NCBI GenBank assembly: GCA_963667725.2
Contig: CAXXHO010000005.1
Span: forward strand, 1,216,001-1,280,000
Length of the DNA: 64,000 nt
Direction of reading: 5' to 3'
Origin: Treponemataceae bacterium
GTDB lineage: Bacteria > Spirochaetota > Spirochaetia > Treponematales > Rectinemataceae
In this document: one piece after another, positions 51,024 to 59,656 of the stretch
Layout of the letters: each line of letters opens with the position of its first letter
Position numbering within the stretch: position 1 is the stretch's first letter
Position numbers and translations under genes: made by a program
Notes under the pieces: model-generated
The model's input: only the letters and a program-made list of their open reading frames with translations
Databases searched by the model: none
Told to the model about the DNA's origin: nothing

Positions 51024-52205
51024 ATGAAATACGATTTTGACCGACTCTATGACAGAGCTTCTTCCGATTCCCTGAAGTGGGCCAATAGAGCCGAGCATTG
51101 CGGCTCCGAGGATGCGATACCGCTCTGGGTGGCCGACATGGATTTTGCCTGTCCGCCCGAAGTCGCCGCCGCGGTGCGGGAGAGGGCGGCCCACCCCATC
51201 TATGGCTATCCCATAAGGAGCGATGCCTACTACCAGGCCGTCATCGGCTGGATGAAGCGGCGCAATGGCTGGAACATCGCCAAAGAGTGGATCTGCTACT
51301 CGCCCGGCGTCGTTCCGGCCCTCAACTTCGCCGTCCAGGCCGTATCCAACCCTGGCGACAAGATCATCATCCAGCCGCCGGGGTACCACCCCTTCGTGAG
51401 CGCGACCCTGTGCAATGGCCGCCAGCTTGTCGAAAACGAGCTCGTTTTCGACGGCGGGCGCTATGTCATGGATTACGAGGCCCTCGAACGATCCATCGAC
51501 GGACGTACCAAGGCTATCATCTTTTGCAGTCCGCACAACCCCGTAGGCAGGGTCTGGGAAAAGATCGAGCTGGAAAAGCTCGTCGATATCTGCCATCGCC
51601 ACGGCATCGTCATTATTTCGGATGAAATTCACTCCGATCTCATTCTGGGCGATATCCGCCACTCGCCCATTGCCTCCCTATCCGAAAAGGCCGCGGCCAT
51701 CACCATCACGCTCACCGCTCCCAACAAGACCTTCAATATGGCCGGGCTTACGATGGGCAATGCCATCATTTCCGACAAAAAGCTTCGCGACGCCTTTCAG
51801 AACGCAGTGGAAGACTCGGGCATCGGCGTGTCGAATGTATTCGGCAACGTCGCCCTCGAGGCGGCCTACAACGAGGGCGAAGCCTGGCTCGAGGAACTGC
51901 TCGTCTACCTGCGGGGGAATTTCGGCCTCGTTTCGGATTTCATCGCCAAGAAGTTGCCCGAACTCAGTATATTACCACTAGAAGGCACCTATCTCGGCTG
52001 GATCGATTGCCGGAGGCTCGGGCTCTCCGATGCCGGGCTCAGGGAATTCTTCACGAAAAAGGCCAGGATATGGCTGGATGAGGGAACAAAGTTCGGCTCC
52101 GGCGGTTCCGGGTTCATGCGCGTAAACCTGGCCTGCCCGAGATCGTATCTGGCGGAAGCGCTCCTCAGGATGGAAAAAGCTCTCGAGGAACGAAGGAGGG
52201 GATGA
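51024..52205 (+). CDS. PLP-dependent C-S lyase / aminotransferase, MalY/PatB family
   Basis: PLWVADMDF, CSPHNPVGRVW, SDEIHSD, APNKTFNMAG, RVNLACP. Confidence 0.92.
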   Translation: MKYDFDRLYDRASSDSLKWANRAEHCGSEDAIPLWVADMDFACPPEVAAAVRERAAHPIYGYPIRSDAYYQAVIGWMKRRNGWNIAKEWICYSPGVVPALNFAVQAVSNPGDKIIIQPPGYHPFVSATLCNGRQLVENELVFDGGRYVMDYEALERSIDGRTKAIIFCSPHNPVGRVWEKIELEKLVDICHRHGIVIISDEIHSDLILGDIRHSPIASLSEKAAAITITLTAPNKTFNMAGLTMGNAIISDKKLRDAFQNAVEDSGIGVSNVFGNVALEAAYNEGEAWLEELLVYLRGNFGLVSDFIAKKLPELSILPLEGTYLGWIDCRRLGLSDAGLREFFTKKARIWLDEGTKFGSGGSGFMRVNLACPRSYLAEALLRMEKALEERRRG

Positions 52206-52206
52206 C

Positions 52207-52737
52207 ATGGATTTTATTCTCGACGAAGTCGCTCAATTCTGGCGGATCATCACGCTCAAGCCGTTCAGGAAAACGGAAGGAGTTTCGTTCGACATCCTGC
52301 CGATGAAGTACCTTCCGAAGATAGACGGCGTGGACCGTGTCGTGCACAAGCACGGAGCCTTGTCGCCGGGCTCGGTGGGAGACGTTAAGCGGCCCTGGTA
52401 CCTTCATCCCCAGCAGGAGGACAATCTTCTCGTGCTTCAGGGCGTCCGCATGGTGGACATATATTCCCTGAAATACAGGCGCCTCGAGCACTTCACCGTG
52501 GAGCCCGAAAGAGTGTTCCACAACGACAAGCTCGTGTATGAAGGACCGGCCATGGTCGTGTGGCCGACCAACGTGTTCCATCGCATAACGTCGGGCGAAA
52601 ATGGCTCCGTGTCCCTCAATTTCGCCGTCAGGCTGCCCGGATTCAATATCGACACCAATTTTTCCGTCTACGATCTCGATACGAAGACGGGGGAATACAA
52701 AGTCATCAGGGAAGGAAAGCTGGATCAGTTCGCGTAA
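52207..52737 (+). CDS. Conserved hypothetical protein, probable cupin fold
   Basis: WYLHPQQEDNLLVLQG...WPTNVFHRI resembles the two His-containing cupin motifs. Confidence 0.6.
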   Translation: MDFILDEVAQFWRIITLKPFRKTEGVSFDILPMKYLPKIDGVDRVVHKHGALSPGSVGDVKRPWYLHPQQEDNLLVLQGVRMVDIYSLKYRRLEHFTVEPERVFHNDKLVYEGPAMVVWPTNVFHRITSGENGSVSLNFAVRLPGFNIDTNFSVYDLDTKTGEYKVIREGKLDQFA

Positions 52738-52770
52738 CGCGTTGCGCAGAGTGCGATTTCGCGCAACGCG
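52738..52770. terminator. Hairpin between convergent genes
   Basis: CGCGTTGCGC...GCGCAACGCG stem. Confidence 0.55.
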
Positions 52771-52776
52771 GGGTTT

Positions 52777-54093
52777 TCATTCCTCTTCCGCGTTGCGGTT
52801 CACTTCGTTGGTTCTGCTCACCATGACCTTGTCTATTCTGTTGCCGTCCATGTCCACTATTTCGATATGAAAGCTGTTCCATTCGCAGGACTCGCCCACT
52901 TTGGGGATCGAGCCCATGCATTCGAGCACGAGGCCGGCCACGGTATCGTAGGCGTTGGCGTCGAATTTTTCCTCGTCCAGCTCCATGGATTCGGCGAACT
53001 CCGCTATGGCGAGGGTGCCGTCCACGAGGAATGAGCCGTCTTCCCGCTCGACGACGCCTGGCACTTCGTCGGAGTCGTTCTGGGCGAGTCCCGCGACGAC
53101 GGATTCCATGAGATCGCTCATCGTTACGAGGCCGGAAACGCCGCCGTATTCGTCGACGATCAAGCCGGTGCTCGCCGCGTTGTCTTTCAGTATGGAGAGA
53201 GCGCGCAAGGCCGATATGGTCTCAGGTATGAGGACGGGCGGGCTCAGGTGGGCCCTGATATCGATGCTGCCTTCGCGCACGAGGGTGGCGAGGGCTTCCC
53301 TGACGTTGAGCATGCCCACGATCCTGTCGAGGTCGCCTTCCATGACGGGCAGGCAGGCGAAGTTGGCGTTCGCCACCAGTTCTTCCTTGGTCGTTTTATT
53401 CCCGTCTTCCAAATCCAGGGCCAGGACGTCGGTGCGCGGCGTCATGAAGGTCGTGACCCGCCTGTCGTCCAGGTTGAGGACGCCCTCCACCATTTCCTTT
53501 TCCGAGTTCTCGAAGATGCCCGATTCCGCGCCCTCGGCTATGAGGATCTTGACTTCATCTTCGGTGACGTCCGGTCCCGGGGCGCGCGCGAAGCCGAGGG
53601 TTCTGACGATGAGCGATGTCGCGCCCGACAGGAATCTGACGAGGGGATCGAAGATGATGCTGATGATGGAGATAGGGCGAATGATGGCCGCGGCGACCTT
53701 CTCGGGGCGAGAGAGGGCAAGGCTTTTCGGCACCAGTTCCCCGAGGATGACAGAGAAGAGCGTGGTGAGGATGACGATGATTACGACCGAAAGCGGTTCG
53801 GCGATGCTGGCGACGAGGGGAAAGCCCGAAAGCCAGAGGCTCATGCTGCGCGATATCGTCGCTCCGCCCACGGCGCCGGTCAGAATGCCGATGAGGGTGA
53901 TCGCCACCTGTATGGCCGACAGATATCTGCCGGGCTGCTCCGCGGCGCGCAGGGCAAGCAGATAGTTTTTTCTGCCCTCGTCCGCCTCGTGGCGGAGTCT
54001 GGCCTTTCGGGAGGATACGATCGCCATTTCCGAGAGAGAAAAAAAGCCGTTGAGGAGAATGAGGGCCAGAATGAGTATGAGTTCAGCGATCAT
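52777..54093 (-). CDS. Hemolysin-family CNNM/CorB protein (DUF21 + CBS + CorC)
   Basis: NGFFSLSEMAIVS, GELVPKSLA, MTPRTD, VDEYGG, DGNRIDKV. Confidence 0.92.
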   Translation of the reverse strand: MIAELILILALILLNGFFSLSEMAIVSSRKARLRHEADEGRKNYLLALRAAEQPGRYLSAIQVAITLIGILTGAVGGATISRSMSLWLSGFPLVASIAEPLSVVIIVILTTLFSVILGELVPKSLALSRPEKVAAAIIRPISIISIIFDPLVRFLSGATSLIVRTLGFARAPGPDVTEDEVKILIAEGAESGIFENSEKEMVEGVLNLDDRRVTTFMTPRTDVLALDLEDGNKTTKEELVANANFACLPVMEGDLDRIVGMLNVREALATLVREGSIDIRAHLSPPVLIPETISALRALSILKDNAASTGLIVDEYGGVSGLVTMSDLMESVVAGLAQNDSDEVPGVVEREDGSFLVDGTLAIAEFAESMELDEEKFDANAYDTVAGLVLECMGSIPKVGESCEWNSFHIEIVDMDGNRIDKVMVSRTNEVNRNAEEE

Positions 54094-54329
54094 GGCAGGC
54101 CTCGAGGCTGTGCTTGGAAGAATATGGCCGGCGCCTCAGCGAGGCGCCGATGTGACTGAAGGGATCGGTTTCCGGAGACGGGGGTTCCGCGGTGTCGGAT
54201 GCGTGTTCGTTCATGGGTCCAGAATACCAAATAATCGAGGCCTCGTCGAGACCGGCTTCGCTATCGACGTCGATAGCGACGACGCTCCCTACCGTAGTGA
54301 AAAATAAAAACTTGTTGTATAGTTCCCGC

Positions 54330-56432
54330 ATGCTGAACCGATTCGCCGTCCTGATCTGCGCCCTGGCCTTCTGCCTGTTGGGCGCATCCGCCCAGAACGT
54401 TGACGCGGCATTTCCCGCTGACGATACCTTCAGGGTCATAGCCGACTCGATCTCCATCGGCAGGGAAGAATTTTCCGCCCGTCTCGACGAGATCCGCGCC
54501 GAAGGACGCGAGCCTCTCGGCCTCGTCCTCGCGGGTGGATCGGCGCGGGCTTACGCTCATATCGGCGTCATCCAGGTGCTTGAAGATGCCGGCATCAGGC
54601 CTGACTTCATCGTCGCCAACTCTATGGGCGCCGTGGTCGGCATGCTTTACGCCGCCGGAGTATCCCCTGGCACGATCGCCCAAATCGTAGGAGCCGTTCC
54701 CCCCGAATTCTATTTCAACCTCGTTCTCCCCACGAAAGGCGGCATAATCAACGCCGATCCCTTTGTCGGCGCCGTAAAGGAAATGGTGGGAGATCTGGAT
54801 CTCTCCGATACTCCGATACCTATCATCGTGACGGGCGAAGACCTGAGGACCAGGCGGCTTGTGGAGCTGTCAGCGGGAGAATTTTCCAAAGCCATGACGA
54901 CAACCTTCGCCATGCCGGCGATTTTCGAACCGGTTCCCTTCGGGGAATTCCTCCTCGTCGACGGCGGATCGACCAACTTGGTGCCGGTCGAGATAGCCGC
55001 GAAGTATTCCTCTCTTCTTATCGTTTCCACCGCCTTCTACAACAAGAGCATGAACTACGGCAATCTTCTGTCCGTGCTCAGCAGGACCTTCGATATCGGG
55101 AAAACGAGATCGGGCATCGAGGCGCTGCTCGCGGTCTCGCCCATCGTCATCAGAAATGATGTCGAAAATATTTCTTACATGCAGTTTTCCAGCCCAGCGG
55201 CCATCATCGAGCGGGGAAGGGAAAGCGCCTTGGCTTCCATCGACGAAATACTCGGCGTACTGCCCGCAACGTCCAAAAATAGGCGGATGCCGCCCGAGCT
55301 GATCGAAGCCAGGGCAAGGTATGACCTCTCAATTCCGCGTACCCTCGCCCGGCTGAGGCGGGGGGCCTTGCCCGACGTTGTTCCTTCGGTGCGATACAAA
55401 CTCAGATACAAGCTTTTTGATATGTTTGAGCGTTCGGCGATGGAGCTGGACAGTCAAATGTACGGCGGGCTGGCGCTGTCGGCGGCGGCCGGCATGGTCA
55501 GAGCTTCGGTTTCCTCGATAATGGGGCTGTCGGGAGACCCCGGGCGGCAGTGGGCGCTTACGATGGGCATGCGGGCCAATCCCCTCGATACCTTTCTCAC
55601 CGAGGCCGAGTTGAGACTTTGGGGCGATTTCAGTTCACTTCCCGCGTTTTTTCTCGAGCCCGACAGCCTCGAATTCCTGGCCGATCTTTCCTGGTCCTCG
55701 AAGGGCGAGGACCTCGTCCTCCGGCCCTCTCTGAGCGCCTCCCTCGATTACGCCCTTGACTCGGGGGCTCTCGGCTGGGAAACAAGGGCCGAAGTGGCTC
55801 TCGACGCGGGACTCGGCGACAGGCCTCTCCTCCAGGGAACCTGGGCGGGGTTTGTGTCGGCAAGAGCGGGCGCCTTTGCCGACACGCTGGCCGAGCCGGC
55901 GGGCTCGCCACGCTATGGTCCCGAAATGACGCTGAAGACGGGCATTGCCTATCTTGGCGGCACCAATTTGGGCGGCGCCGCTTCTGGTAGCGCCAATTCT
56001 GGCGCCGCCAGTCCTGGCGGCGCCGCCTTGAGGGGAAGGGTGACGGGGCGGTTCGATATGTCCGGCAGGGGGCTCTCGCTCGAGCGGGGCGAAGCCTATC
56101 GGGGAAACGCCCTAGCGGGCGCGGCGCCCATCGTCATCGCCGCTAACATGGAACTCGTCTGGCTGGCGAAATCCCTCGAGTTCGACGCGGCCGAGCTATT
56201 CCTCGTCAAGAACATGGAATTGGGTCCATATTTCGACGCCGTCTGGCTTGCGGGCGGCGGCTCCGGTTCAACCCTGAAGCCTGATGCCTTCAGCCTCGGG
56301 CTCAGCTACGGCACTACCCTGAGTTTCGCCGGCTTGACGCCCATCGATCTGTCGCTTTTCCTGGGCTTGGACAATACGGGATATCCGGTTTTCGGCGTCA
56401 GGGCGGGAAGGCTTTTCCCCGCCGTCAAGTGA
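54330..56432 (+). CDS. Exported patatin-like phospholipase with a C-terminal beta-rich domain
   Basis: Signal peptide; LAGGSARAYAHIGV, ANSMGA nucleophile elbow, LVDGG. Confidence 0.82.
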   Translation: MLNRFAVLICALAFCLLGASAQNVDAAFPADDTFRVIADSISIGREEFSARLDEIRAEGREPLGLVLAGGSARAYAHIGVIQVLEDAGIRPDFIVANSMGAVVGMLYAAGVSPGTIAQIVGAVPPEFYFNLVLPTKGGIINADPFVGAVKEMVGDLDLSDTPIPIIVTGEDLRTRRLVELSAGEFSKAMTTTFAMPAIFEPVPFGEFLLVDGGSTNLVPVEIAAKYSSLLIVSTAFYNKSMNYGNLLSVLSRTFDIGKTRSGIEALLAVSPIVIRNDVENISYMQFSSPAAIIERGRESALASIDEILGVLPATSKNRRMPPELIEARARYDLSIPRTLARLRRGALPDVVPSVRYKLRYKLFDMFERSAMELDSQMYGGLALSAAAGMVRASVSSIMGLSGDPGRQWALTMGMRANPLDTFLTEAELRLWGDFSSLPAFFLEPDSLEFLADLSWSSKGEDLVLRPSLSASLDYALDSGALGWETRAEVALDAGLGDRPLLQGTWAGFVSARAGAFADTLAEPAGSPRYGPEMTLKTGIAYLGGTNLGGAASGSANSGAASPGGAALRGRVTGRFDMSGRGLSLERGEAYRGNALAGAAPIVIAANMELVWLAKSLEFDAAELFLVKNMELGPYFDAVWLAGGGSGSTLKPDAFSLGLSYGTTLSFAGLTPIDLSLFLGLDNTGYPVFGVRAGRLFPAVK
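55956..56030 (+). repeat. Degenerate 15-bp tandem repeat, 5 copies, in frame
   Basis: ggcggcaccaatttg/ggcggcgccgcttct/ggtagcgccaattct/ggcgccgccagtcct/ggcggcgccgccttg. Confidence 0.7.
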
Positions 56433-58194
56433 TATTCTCGTCTTCGCCGTAGGCCGCGTCGTTCTGCGTCAGGGGATTCTTGAAGCGCCAGAGCAGAAGG
56501 GCGATAAAGACCAGGTTGATGACGCTGGCCGCCGCGAAAAGGTTCCATTTCGGATTGCCCGAGGCCACCGACCCCACATAGCTGTGAAGCTTCACCCCAA
56601 TGGTGTAAAGCCTGTCGTCGGTGAGAAAAACGAGGGGAACGAGGAAGCCGTTCCAGGCGGAGATGAAGGCCGTCATCATCGCGGCGGCCAGGGCCGGGGC
56701 GCTCAAGGGAGCGATGATCTTCAGCATATAGGCGAGGGGCTTCATGCCCTCGAGCGCGGCTTCCTCCTCATAGCTCGGAGGCAGGCGATCCAGGAAGGCC
56801 TTCAGCGTAAAGAGTGAAAAGGGCAGGGCGTGGAAGATATACACCGTGACGAGCGGGACATAGCCGCCCAGCAAGCCCATAAGCCTGAAGAGAATGAAGA
56901 GCGGAATGAGGGAATGGACGCCGCCCGTCATTCCTAGCGCCTGCAGGAAGGCGAAGGCCTTCGCCGAGCGCCTGGCCGTCGTCCGCGACAGGGCAAGGGC
57001 CGCCGGCAAGGTGAAGATCGGTAACAAGAGGGCTGTGGTCGCCGCTACCAGGAAGGTGTTGAAAAAGTATCGCAGTATTCCCTCTTCACGCAGAATGGTG
57101 GCGTAGGGACGAAGCGAGATGAAACGCGGAAGAAGCCCGTCTATATAGACTGCCGACAGATCCGAGAACGAAAGCCACAGGACAACGTAGATTACGAGAA
57201 CGGCGGAAGCGACGGCGAAAATTCGCGCCGTCCAGCAGGCCGCTTTCCAGGCGAAGGCCGCCGCTTTGCCGCCGATGTTCGGCCGTACCATCCGCTCTTT
57301 CCCTTCCGGCCGCTTTCTGAGGCGAAACCACAGCCCAACCAGCAATATGACGAGCATTCCCACCGCGACGGCGTATGCCGAAGGTATGCCGTAGTCATTT
57401 TCGTTCCTAAAGGCGTCATAGAGAAAAATTTCGAGCGTGGTCGTCGCCCCGACAATATTTTTTTCGGTGATGCCGCCGATAAAGGGCGGTCCTCCGGCCG
57501 TCATCAGGAAGGGCACCTGGAATTCCTTGAACGACCTCACGAAATCGAGAGCCCACATGACGATGAGCGTTGTGCGGGCTTGCGGCGCCCTTATCCATCG
57601 CGCGATCGTCCAGGAATCGGCCCCGTCCATACTGGCGGCTTCTGTCATGCCGCGGTTCACGGCGCGGAGCGACGCGTAGAGGGCAAACACGACAAGGGGA
57701 ATGCTCAGCCATACGTCGACGGCAAGGGCGGCGACAAAACCGGCCGCTGGATCGGTGAGAAGATTCAGCTCTCTCCCCAGCATGACCGAAAGAATCGACT
57801 TTCCGCCGCTGCCGTGGATGATCATCCGCCAGATGGGCACCGAGATGAAGGATGGCACTCCCCAGGGCACGAGAATGGCCGCGAAAACGATCTTGAAAGA
57901 CTTTCCCGCGTCCAGGAGGACGGAAGCCAGGATGAATCCGATGAGAACGGAGAGGCTGGCCGAGAGGAGGGCCCATCCCAGCGTTATGCCCAGGGAAAGA
58001 ACGAATGCCCTGTCCTCGACGAGGGCTCTGAAATTTTCGAGACCGGCCCAGGCGGCCTGGCCGTAGCTGTCGTGGTAGAGGGAACTGACCGCGGCGGTAA
58101 AGAAGGGTAGTATGCCCGCGGCCAGAACGAGAAAGGCGAGAGGAAGGATGGCCAGTTTCGCCGCCCTGGATCCGCCGAGGATGGACGCCTTCAT
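56425..58194 (-). CDS. Fused double ABC permease (MalF-like + MalG-like, CUT1 family)
   Basis: Two EAA loops (TEAASMDGA and EEEAALEG), GLENFRAL, AWNGFL in one 589-aa ORF. Confidence 0.88.
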   Translation of the reverse strand: MKASILGGSRAAKLAILPLAFLVLAAGILPFFTAAVSSLYHDSYGQAAWAGLENFRALVEDRAFVLSLGITLGWALLSASLSVLIGFILASVLLDAGKSFKIVFAAILVPWGVPSFISVPIWRMIIHGSGGKSILSVMLGRELNLLTDPAAGFVAALAVDVWLSIPLVVFALYASLRAVNRGMTEAASMDGADSWTIARWIRAPQARTTLIVMWALDFVRSFKEFQVPFLMTAGGPPFIGGITEKNIVGATTTLEIFLYDAFRNENDYGIPSAYAVAVGMLVILLVGLWFRLRKRPEGKERMVRPNIGGKAAAFAWKAACWTARIFAVASAVLVIYVVLWLSFSDLSAVYIDGLLPRFISLRPYATILREEGILRYFFNTFLVAATTALLLPIFTLPAALALSRTTARRSAKAFAFLQALGMTGGVHSLIPLFILFRLMGLLGGYVPLVTVYIFHALPFSLFTLKAFLDRLPPSYEEEAALEGMKPLAYMLKIIAPLSAPALAAAMMTAFISAWNGFLVPLVFLTDDRLYTIGVKLHSYVGSVASGNPKWNLFAAASVINLVFIALLLWRFKNPLTQNDAAYGEDENIT

Positions 58195-58201
58195 TCCTTC
58201 C

Positions 58202-59629
58202 CTAGAAAACGAGATTGATAGACTGGATCTGCTTTACGTTCTTGATCCCTTCGGGCAACCTGGCGATGTTCTTGTCCCAGACGAGGACGAGGGGGAATTC
58301 GCTGGGATCGAGGCCAGCCCCATCCTTGTACATGGCGAGTATGACTTCGTCGTTGGCGTCCAGTTCGCGCGAATCGAGGGTGATCTTGTAGCCGTCGACG
58401 GCGGTTACCTCGACTTTGTAGCCGGCCTTGGCCGCCGCGCTGTCATAAGCATGGATGCTCGTGTCCTGCTTGTGCGGCTGGTAAGCGGGGTCGTCGGCGT
58501 AGCCCAGCAGAAGGTGGAGGGGGAAGCCGGTGTAGCTGCCGCTTATTCCCTTGCGCTCGAAAACGACTTCCTTCTTGTGGCAGCTCACGCAGGACTGCAC
58601 CGTGGCGCGATCCATCGTTCCGTTCATTTTCCCCCCGTAGGAGACGGCGAAATCCTTGAAGTCCTTCTGTTTCACGATGATGCGCTTGATCATCTTGACC
58701 GAGGTGTGGCCGTCGATGTTGGGATCGTTGGGACCGATTTTCACCGTCCTTATGTAGCCCGGATCCTTGGGGAGCCAGTCGCCGTCCATCCTGAAGGCCA
58801 GTATCCAGGTGCCGTCCGCCTCGTCGAGCACTTGCTTGCCGGAATAGGTCATCTCATAGCCGTCGGTGGCCGCGAAGGTTATGGAATCGTCAGCGGAAAG
58901 ACTCATGAAACGGGCCAGGATAGCCCTGAGGCCCACCCCGCCATAGACATTGGAGTACTTTGTCCCGGCGCTGGTCGTGAAGCTTCCCTTGTTTTCCATA
59001 TATGCCTGATCTTTTTCCAGGTCGGCGAGGGTGTAGGAGGCTTTCACTCCGTTTATATCCAGCTCGAGCGCGAAGGAGGCGGCTTCCGAAACCGCCTTGG
59101 ACGCTGCGAGGCTCGTGGTTATGGAGGCGATCTGCTTGACCCAAAGGCCCTTGGCCGTGTCGCCGACGACCATGGGTCTGTCGAGGGGCTTGCCGGCTTC
59201 GGTATCGGCGAGGATCAGCGCGTCCTGGGCGACATCCTTCGTGGAGAAGGTGGCGGAAAAACCGTCGGCCGCCGAGAGGGTGACTTCATAGCCCTTGGCC
59301 CAGAGTCCGGCGTCGAAGGCATAGGGATGGGAGGAGTCGGAACCGTCGATCATGGCGATAGCGAGGCGGAGGGGAATGCCTGAATAGGTTGTCGCCACGC
59401 CTTTTTTATCCACCGTTTTCTGGACATAATCCTTGCCCGCGGCCTTTATCTTCTGGTAATAGGACTGGGACAGGCTGTCCTTCCTCGCGCCCGCCAGTTC
59501 GATGCTCCAGCCCGTCTCCGCCGCCGAGGCGGCCGATGTCGAGTCCGCCGCTTTCCGCGATACGCATCCGGCGAGAACGAACGCGATGGCGACCGTGATG
59601 GCGAGAATGGTCCTCATTCGTCTAGGCAT
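58202..59629 (-). CDS. Lipoprotein with three molybdopterin-oxidoreductase-like (sulfite oxidase fold) repeats
   Basis: Lipobox LAGC; three repeats YxGxxLxxxx...AxDG[FY]...ILA...G..L...VKxIxxI; CVSCH motif in repeat 3. Confidence 0.75.
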   Translation of the reverse strand: MPRRMRTILAITVAIAFVLAGCVSRKAADSTSAASAAETGWSIELAGARKDSLSQSYYQKIKAAGKDYVQKTVDKKGVATTYSGIPLRLAIAMIDGSDSSHPYAFDAGLWAKGYEVTLSAADGFSATFSTKDVAQDALILADTEAGKPLDRPMVVGDTAKGLWVKQIASITTSLAASKAVSEAASFALELDINGVKASYTLADLEKDQAYMENKGSFTTSAGTKYSNVYGGVGLRAILARFMSLSADDSITFAATDGYEMTYSGKQVLDEADGTWILAFRMDGDWLPKDPGYIRTVKIGPNDPNIDGHTSVKMIKRIIVKQKDFKDFAVSYGGKMNGTMDRATVQSCVSCHKKEVVFERKGISGSYTGFPLHLLLGYADDPAYQPHKQDTSIHAYDSAAAKAGYKVEVTAVDGYKITLDSRELDANDEVILAMYKDGAGLDPSEFPLVLVWDKNIARLPEGIKNVKQIQSINLVF

Positions 59630-59656
59630 GGTGTTGCTCCTTTCGCATATTCATGA

